The position numbers were made by a program, and so were the translations under genes. The notes under the pieces are model-generated. The model was not told the DNA's origin and did no database searches. It worked only from the letters and a program-made list of their open reading frames with translations. 62,882 nucleotides of DNA, from positions 1 through 62,882 of IMG/VR virus record IMGVR_UViG_3300036715_004481. One strand, written 5' to 3'. Shown in pieces: positions 1-6,607 of this stretch; positions within the stretch are counted from its first letter, which is position 1, and every line of letters starts with the position of its first letter. The stretch comes from a virus (Duplodnaviria; Caudoviricetes).

Positions 1-711
1 TTATGATATAAACATCTGATACTCAGAGTTTCTTCTATCTATCAAACCAGAATAACCATCACGAAGTCCAGTAGTCTTTATTAATTCAGCAGCTTTTTCA
101 AAATCTTTATGTTTAAATGTTTGTATAAAATCCGAAGTTCTAAAAGATGATATACCCATATTAAATGCCAATGATACCATAGTATCAAACTGTTTTTGCG
201 TCATTCTTATATTTATACCCTTTTGCTTCCATTCAGAAAATATACGTTTTACACCATCAGAGGCTTTATTTATATCTTTTTCTAAAAGACTATTTGCTAA
301 ATCCTCAGATATAACTTGTCCAACTCTGAATGCAGATTTACCAATCGGTTCAGCGTGGCCGAACCCTACAGTAACTTTTCCATCGTGTAGATTGTAGGCT
401 TTTAATTTCAATTTTTCATATTTTTTAATATGCTGAATTCCATTTTCACTTATTGACATATTAAGAGGATCATTATATTTATGAACAGTTTCAATCAACA
501 CTTTTTTATCAATAGAATTCAAATCTGAACGATTATTAATAAAATTAACAGCCTGATTTATAGTAAAAACTGCTAATAAACTACCAACTATTAACTTAGA
601 AACACCTATCTTATTTATTGAATTTTTCAATTTATCTAAAAGAGGTTGAAGATTCAATTTCTCAACAATCAAATCATCGCTATACTGATTATAATCTTTA
701 ATATATTCCAT
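1..711 (-). CDS. Phage lysozyme (GH24-like muramidase) with N-terminal extension
   Basis: IKKYEKLKLKAYNLHDGKVTVGFGH, QFDTMVSLAFNMG and GLIDRRNSEYQMF motifs typical of GH24 lysozymes. Confidence 0.85.
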   Translation of the reverse strand: MEYIKDYNQYSDDLIVEKLNLQPLLDKLKNSINKIGVSKLIVGSLLAVFTINQAVNFINNRSDLNSIDKKVLIETVHKYNDPLNMSISENGIQHIKKYEKLKLKAYNLHDGKVTVGFGHAEPIGKSAFRVGQVISEDLANSLLEKDINKASDGVKRIFSEWKQKGINIRMTQKQFDTMVSLAFNMGISSFRTSDFIQTFKHKDFEKAAELIKTTGLRDGYSGLIDRRNSEYQMFIS

Positions 712-752
712 ATGATGTATATATTAAAATAAAATATTAATATATAGAAAAT

Positions 753-1250
753 ATGAAATATATTAAAAAATTTGAAACAATAATAAGTAACTCATCTAAT
801 GATGCACAAAATCATCCGTTATATGAACTAGCTAAACATATAGAAACTATTCTAAAAAAAATTAAAAATATAGATAAATTTGAAAAAAGTATCACTAGAA
901 TATATTTTTCAAAAAAACGAGAAAATATGAACATAACAATAAATTATAGTTGCGATGGATATAGGTTAGTTGATATAGAACTTATAAAATTTGAAAATAT
1001 GAACAATGTTGGCATGAGAGTTGAAACATATGAAAAATATCGAAATATAGATGATATGAGAAACACATCTGATGACTTTTTAAAAATACTTAAAGATATA
1101 CTAAAAAGTTACTATACAAGAACAAATAGAGAATCTATAAGATTTGATTTTAATCTTAATGACTTAAATGATATAATGTATAAATTAAATATTGAAGAAA
1201 TTGTAGAAGAACTAAAACTCAGAAAAGACGCAAATAAATACAATCTATGA
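753..1250 (+). CDS. MKYIKKFE...KYNL family small protein
   Basis: N-term MKYIKKFE, C-term DANKYNL; ATGA overlap with next gene. Confidence 0.8.
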   Translation: MKYIKKFETIISNSSNDAQNHPLYELAKHIETILKKIKNIDKFEKSITRIYFSKKRENMNITINYSCDGYRLVDIELIKFENMNNVGMRVETYEKYRNIDDMRNTSDDFLKILKDILKSYYTRTNRESIRFDFNLNDLNDIMYKLNIEEIVEELKLRKDANKYNL

Positions 1251-1738
1251 AATATATTAAAACATTTGAAAAATTACTAAAACATACAGACGAATATGTG
1301 CTAGAACATAAGTTTAGAGCATTCGCTGAAAAATTAAAATCACTATTAATTCTACTTAAAAAGTGTGATGATTTAAAATATTCAACAGTTAGAATATATT
1401 ATGATAGCTATGGAGAAATTAAAATAATATATAATTATAAATATATAGATTTATATACATTTAGATTAATAACATATGATAGACCAACTGGACTAGAATT
1501 GTGTATAATATCAAATTATAGAAAATTTGGTAAAGATTTAATTAGTGTAAACGATACACTACATGAAATATTTGATAATATTGTTAAAAAATATGAGAAT
1601 GAAAGAAGCTTTTATTATCCAAATTCACATGACATTCCTATTACAGATATTAATAACTTGAGTATATTAGATAAAATCTATGACGAAGTCTCTGATGAAT
1701 TTGAATATATAGTAGCAGCAAATAAATACAATCTATGA
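1247..1738 (+). CDS. MKYIKKFE...KYNL family small protein
   Basis: MKYIKTFE ... AANKYNL. Confidence 0.8.
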   Translation: MKYIKTFEKLLKHTDEYVLEHKFRAFAEKLKSLLILLKKCDDLKYSTVRIYYDSYGEIKIIYNYKYIDLYTFRLITYDRPTGLELCIISNYRKFGKDLISVNDTLHEIFDNIVKKYENERSFYYPNSHDIPITDINNLSILDKIYDEVSDEFEYIVAANKYNL

Positions 1739-2028
1739 AATATATTAAAAAATTTGAAAATATAGAAGAAGAAAAATATATAATCTACACATATGGGTTT
1801 GGAGATTTAGTTTTTAATCTTAGACAACGTAGAGAAAGATTCTCATTGGATTTTGATACATTAGATAAAATTAATACTCATAATTACGAAATTGCAAAAT
1901 ATACAATTGAAGAAGCCGATAACGCTGTAAAATACTTTAATAAAAATTATAAAAATAGATTTGAATTTATAATTATTTCAGAATCTGAATTTGAATTAAT
2001 GAACGCAGCAAATAAATATAACATATGA
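1735..2028 (+). CDS. MKYIKKFE...KYNL family protein, near-identical to 2878..3171
   Basis: MKYIKKFE ... AANKYNI; 5 aa differences from the copy at 2878. Confidence 0.8.
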   Translation: MKYIKKFENIEEEKYIIYTYGFGDLVFNLRQRRERFSLDFDTLDKINTHNYEIAKYTIEEADNAVKYFNKNYKNRFEFIIISESEFELMNAANKYNI

Positions 2029-2390
2029 AATATATTAAAACATTTGAAGATATAAACACTGCTGAACCTGAAATTGGTGATTATGTAATAGTATATGATC
2101 AATTTACATACACATCAAATATGATAGAATGGAAAGAATTTATGAATACTCATGTCGGGAGATTAATCAGAAAACGTGATAGTGATATAAATAATACCAA
2201 GAGATTATTATATGATGTAGAATATGAAAATATACCAGAAAATGTAAAAAGAATAATCTTTAAATATAAATTCGACCCAAAAACAAATAAAGCGGTAGAA
2301 AAAGGATTTAATATTGATGAAATTGTGTGTTGGAGTAAAAATAAAGAAGAACTAGAATTAAAATTAGCAGCAAATAAATATAATTTATGA
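2025..2390 (+). CDS. MKYIKKFE...KYNL family protein (IGDYV subtype)
   Basis: MKYIKTFE..EIGDYV ... AANKYNL; resembles ORFs at 21435-22417 and 62101. Confidence 0.8.
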   Translation: MKYIKTFEDINTAEPEIGDYVIVYDQFTYTSNMIEWKEFMNTHVGRLIRKRDSDINNTKRLLYDVEYENIPENVKRIIFKYKFDPKTNKAVEKGFNIDEIVCWSKNKEELELKLAANKYNL

Positions 2391-2881
2391 AACACCTAAA
2401 GACATATGAAATGATAGTAAGTTTTAATACCACAACCAATGAAATATATCCGAAACGAAGTATATTCTATAATTTGTTTAAAAAAATAGAAGAAAATATA
2501 GAATTAACAAAAAATAACGATAATTTCAGAAACTCACTAATATCAAGAGAATATGATACAACTTCAGAAGAATTAAAAATTCAATATGTTGGCAAAAACG
2601 AAATACTTTTTAAATTTAGAATATTTGAAATGATTGAAGACGATGGAACAAATAAATGTAGAATAATAATTAAGAAAAATCCAGAATACATTAAAAGCGA
2701 TGTAAAATATCTATTCAATTTTATATCTGAAAAATTAGATATCTATAAACATAATGTTGAATTTCAAACTATAAAATCTTATGAATTCAATAGAGATAAT
2801 ATCGATGATATAATAAAAAAATTAGAAGGATTCGAAGAATATCTAGAAATAACTACGCAAACAGATAAATATAATCTATGA
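2387..2881 (+). CDS. MKYIKKFE...KYNL family small protein
   Basis: MKHLKTYE ... TDKYNL. Confidence 0.8.
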   Translation: MKHLKTYEMIVSFNTTTNEIYPKRSIFYNLFKKIEENIELTKNNDNFRNSLISREYDTTSEELKIQYVGKNEILFKFRIFEMIEDDGTNKCRIIIKKNPEYIKSDVKYLFNFISEKLDIYKHNVEFQTIKSYEFNRDNIDDIIKKLEGFEEYLEITTQTDKYNL

Positions 2882-3171
2882 AATATATTAAAAAATTTGA
2901 AAACACAGAAGAAGAAAAATACTTAATCTACACGTATGAGTTTGGAGATTTAGTTTTTAATCTTAGACAACGTAGAGAAAGATTCTCATTGAATTTTGAT
3001 ACATTAGATAAAATTAATACTCATAATTACGAAATTGCAAAATATACAATTGAAGAAGCCGATAACGCTGTAAAATACTTTAATAAAAATTATCAAAATA
3101 GATTTGAATTTATAATTATTTCAGAATCTGAATTTGAATTAATGAACGCAGCAAATAAATATAATATCTAA
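2878..3171 (+). CDS. MKYIKKFE...KYNL family protein, duplicate of 1735..2028
   Basis: Near-identical 97-aa copy. Confidence 0.8.
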   Translation: MKYIKKFENTEEEKYLIYTYEFGDLVFNLRQRRERFSLNFDTLDKINTHNYEIAKYTIEEADNAVKYFNKNYQNRFEFIIISESEFELMNAANKYNI

Positions 3172-3250
3172 GTACACCAGATGGGATTTGAACCCACATT
3201 TTCATCCATTATGCACATAAAGTTTAGGAAACTTCGCCAGTACTGGTGTA
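3172..3250 (-). ncRNA. Atypical tRNA-like RNA, anticodon CCT (Arg), no D arm at the normal position
   Basis: ACACCAG/CTGGTGT acceptor, TA-CTGGC linker, GAAGT-TTCCTAA-ACTTT arm, 21-nt ATGTGCATAATGGATGAAAAT, GTGGG-TTCAAAT-CCCAT T arm. Confidence 0.7.
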
Positions 3251-3256
3251 TATTAA

Positions 3257-3284
3257 AAAATCAATCATAATAATGATTGATTTT
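3257..3284. terminator. AT-rich inverted repeat, possible terminator/processing hairpin
   Basis: AAAATCAATCAT-AATA-ATGATTGATTTT. Confidence 0.45.
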
Positions 3285-3292
3285 AGTTTTTG

Positions 3293-3366
3293 TACGCCTG
3301 AAGGTATTCGAAACCCCGACCCTCAGATTAGAAATCTGATGCTCTATCCTGCTGAGCTACAAGCGC
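3293..3366 (-). tRNA. tRNA-Arg(TCT)
   Basis: GCGCTTG acceptor, GCTC/GAGC D arm, TCAGA-TTTCTAA-TCTGA, TTCGAAT T loop. Confidence 0.93.
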
Positions 3367-3422
3367 ATAATATATTTATATTCAAAAATAAATTAAAAGT
3401 TTATAAATAGTAAATATTTTGT

Positions 3423-3509
3423 TGGAGCTGCTAGAGGGATTCAAACCCCCGATGTTCTTTCGAATCTACATTACAAGTGTAGCGCACTCGGTCACTATGC
3501 GATAGCAGC
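3423..3509 (-). tRNA. tRNA-Thr(TGT) with long variable arm, CCA encoded
   Basis: GCTGCTA/TAGCAGC, CTACA-CTTGTAA-TGTAG, variable ATTCGAAAGAACATC. Confidence 0.85.
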
Positions 3510-3521
3510 ATTTATTATTTG

Positions 3522-3592
3522 AGCACCAATTCAGAATCAAACTGAAATTTCTTGGTTACGACGCAAGAGTAATATCATTATACGACAAGTGC
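3522..3592 (-). tRNA. tRNA-Thr(CGT), degenerate (possible pseudo-tRNA)
   Basis: Cloverleaf with T-T mismatch in acceptor and C-C mismatch closing the anticodon stem; loop GTCGTAA. Confidence 0.6.
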
Positions 3593-3597
3593 AATTG

Positions 3598-3671
3598 TTG
3601 ACGGATTGAGAATCGAACTCAAGACTTTTTGCATGTCATACAAACACTCTAACCAACTGAGTTATCCATCA
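3598..3671 (-). tRNA. tRNA-Val(GAC)
   Basis: TGATGGA/TCCGTCA, TTTGT-ATGACAT-GCAAA, TTCGATT. Confidence 0.9.
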
Positions 3672-3678
3672 ATATTTG

Positions 3679-3749
3679 TGTCCCCAAGTAGAATCGAACT
3701 ACTTCCCTCTGCATGTAAAACAGATACGCTTCCGTTACGCCACAGGGAC
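3679..3749 (-). tRNA. tRNA-Val(TAC)
   Basis: GTCCCTG/TGGGGAC, TCTGT-TTTACAT-GCAGA, TTCGATT. Confidence 0.9.
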
Positions 3750-3783
3750 AATTTTTAGTTATTTACATAACTATCTGATTATG

Positions 3784-3855
3784 AGCGACATGAGAATTTT
3801 GAAATCTCGACCTAAAGTTTGGAAAACTTCCACTCTGCCTCTGAGCTAATGTCGC
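3784..3855 (-). tRNA. tRNA-Gly(TCC)
   Basis: GCGACAT/ATGTCGC-T, GAAGT-TTTCCAA-ACTTT. Confidence 0.9.
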
Positions 3856-3868
3856 ATTTTTAATTTAT

Positions 3869-3944
3869 TGGAGCGATAGAAGGTAATCGAAACCTCATCC
3901 TCTGCTCGGCAAGCAAATGCACTAAACCGTTGTGCTACTATCGC
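3869..3944 (-). tRNA. tRNA-Gly(GCC), CCA encoded
   Basis: GCGATAG/CTATCGC-T-CCA, TTTGC-TTGCCGA-GCAGA. Confidence 0.93.
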
Positions 3945-3980
3945 ATTATTTATAATCATTTATATAACTATCTGATTATG

Positions 3981-4056
3981 TGGAGCTTATCGAGAACGAT
4001 TCGATCTGCTTTTCTCATTGCAAGTGAGATGACCACTCCAAGCAGTCCCAAGCCCC
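3981..4056 (-). tRNA. tRNA-Ala(TGC), atypical T loop
   Basis: GGGGCTT/AAGCTCC-A with G3:U70, TCTCA-CTTGCAA-TGAGA; T loop ATCGTTC. Confidence 0.8.
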
Positions 4057-4066
4057 ATTTTAATTG

Positions 4067-4153
4067 TAGAATAGGAGAGATTCGAACTCTCAGTGTCACT
4101 ATGACGCTTGCTTCCAGGGCAAGACCGCTACCTGATTACGGGCATACTACTCT
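4067..4153 (-). tRNA. tRNA-Pro(TGG)-like with long variable arm
   Basis: AGAGTAG/CTATTCT-A, CTTGC-CCTGGAA-GCAAG, variable hairpin GTCA-TAG-TGAC, GAGAG-TTCGAAT-CTCTC; Ser(GGA) reading not excluded. Confidence 0.7.
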
Positions 4154-4162
4154 ATATTTTTG

Positions 4163-4239
4163 AAGTCCTGACGGGATTCGAACCCGCATTCTCATCCGTT
4201 ATGCGCTTATTGTTTAGAAAACAATGTCATTACAGGACC
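4163..4239 (-). ncRNA. Atypical tRNA-like RNA, anticodon TCT (Arg), no D arm at the normal position
   Basis: GGTCCTG/CAGGACT, TA-ATGAC linker, ATTGT-TTTCTAA-ACAAT, 21-nt AAGCGCATAACGGATGAGAAT, GCGGG-TTCGAAT-CCCGT. Confidence 0.7.
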
Positions 4240-4255
4240 ATAATTATATTTTTTG

Positions 4256-4328
4256 TATGGATGGGGATGCTCGAAATCCCGACCACTTGGTCCCAAACCA
4301 AGCATTCTACCTACTGAACTACATCCAT
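4256..4328 (-). tRNA. tRNA-Pro(TGG)
   Basis: ATGGATG/CATCCAT-A, CTTGG-TTTGGGA-CCAAG, TTCGAGC. Confidence 0.9.
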
Positions 4329-4347
4329 GTATTCAATTAAAATTTTG

Positions 4348-4411
4348 TCAGTTGAAGCGGATTCGAACCACTTTGTTACGGACGTCTCATCGCAACTATC
4401 CAACACAACTG
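4348..4411 (-). ncRNA. Short tRNA-like element (acceptor-like stem plus T arm)
   Basis: CAGTTG/CAACTG-A, AGTGG-TTCGAAT-CCGCT, single internal stem GTTGCG/CGTAAC; no canonical anticodon loop. Confidence 0.5.
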
Positions 4412-4420
4412 TTAATTTTT

Positions 4421-4459
4421 AAAAACAAAAAACCCGAAGATTTTTGTGTCTTCGGGTTT
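4421..4459 (-). terminator. Intrinsic terminator between leader ORF and tRNA cluster (attenuator)
   Basis: AAACCCGAAGA-CACAAAAA-TCTTCGGGTTT followed by TTTGTTTTT on minus strand. Confidence 0.85.
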
Positions 4460-4527
4460 AATTTATATTTTATATTATTATATTTTACCATAGAATAACA
4501 TTAGATACAATTTTCCCGAACACACAA
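4444..4527 (-). promoter_or_regulatory. Antiterminator pairing
   Basis: TTGTGTGTTCGGG (4527-4515) pairs at 12 of 13 positions with CCCGAAGACACAA (4456-4444), the 5' arm and loop of the terminator. Confidence 0.8.
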
Positions 4528-4609
4528 CTGGTCTGCCTCCTGCCACTGGAGTGACGGTTGCTGTTGTTGCAGTTGTGGGAACTATCATATTTGTATTAAT
4601 GTTTTTCAT
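4478..4609 (-). CDS. Leader peptide of tRNA operon (43 aa, not in ORF track)
   Basis: MKNINTNMIVPTTATTATVTPVAGGRPVVCSGKLYLMLFYGKI*; codons 10-29 are only V/P/T/A/G/R. Confidence 0.8.
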   Translation of the reverse strand: MKNINTNMIVPTTATTATVTPVAGGRPVVCSGKLYLMLFYGKI

Positions 4610-4654
4610 TGTGTTTAATTTTTATCTTATTATTTGTTATTTTTAATTATAGTG

Positions 4655-4686
4655 CAAAATTACAAAAAGTTTTTTAATCTACCAAA
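4655..4686 (-). promoter_or_regulatory. Bacteroidota-type sigma-A promoter for leader/tRNA operon
   Basis: TTTG-N20-TAATTTTG matches the -33 TTTG / -7 TAnnTTTG consensus. Confidence 0.75.
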
Positions 4687-4762
4687 CTTTTTATTATATA
4701 TATATTTAAAAAAATGTCGTTTTTTTCTATTTTTAACTATTTTGTATTGTTTTTAGTATAAC

Positions 4763-5056
4763 TTATACTGAAAGTTTAATTTTTTTCACAATTTTTTTCA
4801 ACCGCTTACTACCTTCATCATCTGATTTTTTAGGAATATTATCCTCATTTTCTAAAATTTTAGCACTTTCTGATATTTTATCACCTTTTAATGATGATAC
4901 AATATAATTGTAGCAAATTGGGCACAATCTTTTAGATCCAATTTTTCTAATATCTATCAAAGATGTATTACGATGGCATCCTTGACATTGAATGTTGAAT
5001 GTTGAGTTTTCTATCATCTTGTTTATATTATTTTTATTTTTATTGCAAATATACAA
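4763..5056 (-). CDS. Small CxxC...CxxC zinc-finger protein (true start probably at the second Met)
   Basis: CQGC...CPIC; TATATTTG promoter-like element overlaps the annotated start. Confidence 0.55.
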   Translation of the reverse strand: MYICNKNKNNINKMIENSTFNIQCQGCHRNTSLIDIRKIGSKRLCPICYNYIVSSLKGDKISESAKILENEDNIPKKSDDEGSKRLKKIVKKIKLSV

Positions 5057-5064
5057 ATAATTTT

Positions 5065-5439
5065 TTATAGATTATAACTTCTGATACTTTTTTTATAATT
5101 TTTAACTTGTTTTGTAATATCGGTATCTAAATTAACTTCTGGAACGAACTCTCCCATCTCTTTTTTTTCATCATCAAAATCTTGTGTACCAAATTCTATA
5201 CCCATATCAGACAAATCTAATTTTATAACTTTAAAATCAGGTTGTTTTGATTCATGATATTTATTCATATGTAAATATAGAATTTCATCATTCGGCGAAA
5301 AAACTGTTCCAACACATTCATATCCACAGATTTCACTATCTGCAAAAACATCAATAATTTCATCAATAAACTCTTTTCTATTTATTGCATCAAAATCTTT
5401 ACCATTATAAGTATACGCTTCAAATTTTTTAATCTCCAT
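5065..5439 (-). CDS. MKYIKKFE...KYNL family-like protein
   Basis: MEIKKFE ... IRSYNL. Confidence 0.7.
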   Translation of the reverse strand: MEIKKFEAYTYNGKDFDAINRKEFIDEIIDVFADSEICGYECVGTVFSPNDEILYLHMNKYHESKQPDFKVIKLDLSDMGIEFGTQDFDDEKKEMGEFVPEVNLDTDITKQVKNYKKSIRSYNL

Positions 5440-5455
5440 AATATGTCATTATTTT

Positions 5456-6340
5456 TTATAGTTTACCAATTTCTTCTTTTAATCCTAAAGCGTTTACTAG
5501 TTGTTCCAATTCATTTTTATCCATATTTAAGATTTTATTTAAAATCATTTTCTTAGCATTATCATTAGTTGTTCCTTTCATTTGTTTTGACAAATAATCA
5601 ATATCATTACTTGTATTTGCACCTAGAGTATTCAATAATTGCATTTTAGGTTTCAATAAATCAAATAATGTTGTATTAATCCAATTTATAGCAGATTTTT
5701 TATATGCAACTAAATCTGCGTCAGTATTTCCAGCAGGTGCTTCTGTTGTGTTAGTTGTAGTAACATTTGTCGCAGGATCATCAGCTTCCAAAATTTTACG
5801 AATATTATACATCACATTCTCTGTTGTTGGAGTTGTTGGAGTAGTAGATACCGTTGCTTGAGGCTTATCTAAACCAGCACCAGTTTTAACTTGTGGAACA
5901 ACAGCCTGTAAAACATACTCACTAACAGCATTAGAAAATTGATCTTCTGGATAGCTCATAAGTGTTTGTAATCTCTTATCTCTTGATGTTTTAAATATTT
6001 CTTGCATTGTAAATTCTTTATTTTGAAGTTTATTTACAATAGATAATAATGAAAAATAAAAATATTTTACAGAATCACTTAATATATTATTAACAGCGTC
6101 TATTGAATCTGCTTTATTTATTTCATTTTGTGTATTTGTTTGATTTGCTTTCAAAAAACTTTGATATAAATATGAAACATTTTTTTCAGTGTCAACTTTT
6201 TTAGTGAAGTTTGTAAATAAATTATTTAAATTCTGATTAGGATTTTTAAATATATTATTATATTGTGCTTTTAAAAAGTCACTAACAGAAGATAATACAC
6301 CTTCTGTTAAAAATTCACTATATTTAGTTATATTTTTCAT
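5456..6340 (-). CDS. Hypothetical, probable head-internal virion protein
   Basis: N-term MKNITKYSEFLTE resembles T4 capsid-targeting sequence; Thr/Pro linkers. Confidence 0.6.
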   Translation of the reverse strand: MKNITKYSEFLTEGVLSSVSDFLKAQYNNIFKNPNQNLNNLFTNFTKKVDTEKNVSYLYQSFLKANQTNTQNEINKADSIDAVNNILSDSVKYFYFSLLSIVNKLQNKEFTMQEIFKTSRDKRLQTLMSYPEDQFSNAVSEYVLQAVVPQVKTGAGLDKPQATVSTTPTTPTTENVMYNIRKILEADDPATNVTTTNTTEAPAGNTDADLVAYKKSAINWINTTLFDLLKPKMQLLNTLGANTSNDIDYLSKQMKGTTNDNAKKMILNKILNMDKNELEQLVNALGLKEEIGKL

Positions 6341-6575
6341 ATTTCGTTTACATTTTTTTCAAAGTTTGCACTTTCCACACCATCTACATATAAATCATCA
6401 TTATCACCATCATAGTTGACTATTATGACACCAAAAGGATAATTCCGTACTATTTCACATCCAATTGATTCAAACTATTTAATCGCTTTTTCTTTATCAA
6501 AATCTTTTTTATAACTATAATATAACTATTATTAACTATATTTTGATTCTCAAATAATTTTTTTAAACTTTTCAA
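6337..6575 (-). pseudogene. Degraded small ORF (LKSLKKLFE start)
   Basis: Frameshift plus internal TAG before a reading frame ending in ATGA overlap with the next gene. Confidence 0.35.
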
Positions 6576-6607
6576 ACTCTTTATATTTTTAATATTTATC
6601 CTTTAGC

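Larger units (their letters stand above)
3767..3980. repeat. 17-nt direct repeat ATAACTATCTGATTATG (3767-3783 and 3964-3980) in tRNA spacers
   Basis: Exact copies abutting the 3' ends of tRNA-Gly(TCC) and tRNA-Ala(TGC). Confidence 0.8.

Noticed and set aside
753-3171. CRISPR array or integron
   Set aside because: Repeats are degenerate coding junctions spaced 290-500 nt apart; no attC-like palindromes, integrase or cas gene in the window.
1735-3171. Diversity-generating retroelement TR/VR pair
   Set aside because: Both copies are full ORFs, differences are not confined to adenines of one copy, and no reverse transcriptase is in the window.
3172-4239. tmRNA halves or intron-containing tRNAs as an explanation for the D-armless genes
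   Set aside because: No Ala G3:U70 acceptor or tag ORF; each has a complete anticodon arm, and removing the 21-mer would not restore a D arm.
3930-4498. Plus-strand ORFs 3930..4163, 4108..4317, 4253..4498
   Set aside because: Antisense shadows of the GC-richer tRNA genes.
4421-4620. T-box riboswitch as the tRNA operon regulator
   Set aside because: No T-box consensus (TGGNACC) or stem I seen; the leader ORF and antiterminator explain the region better.
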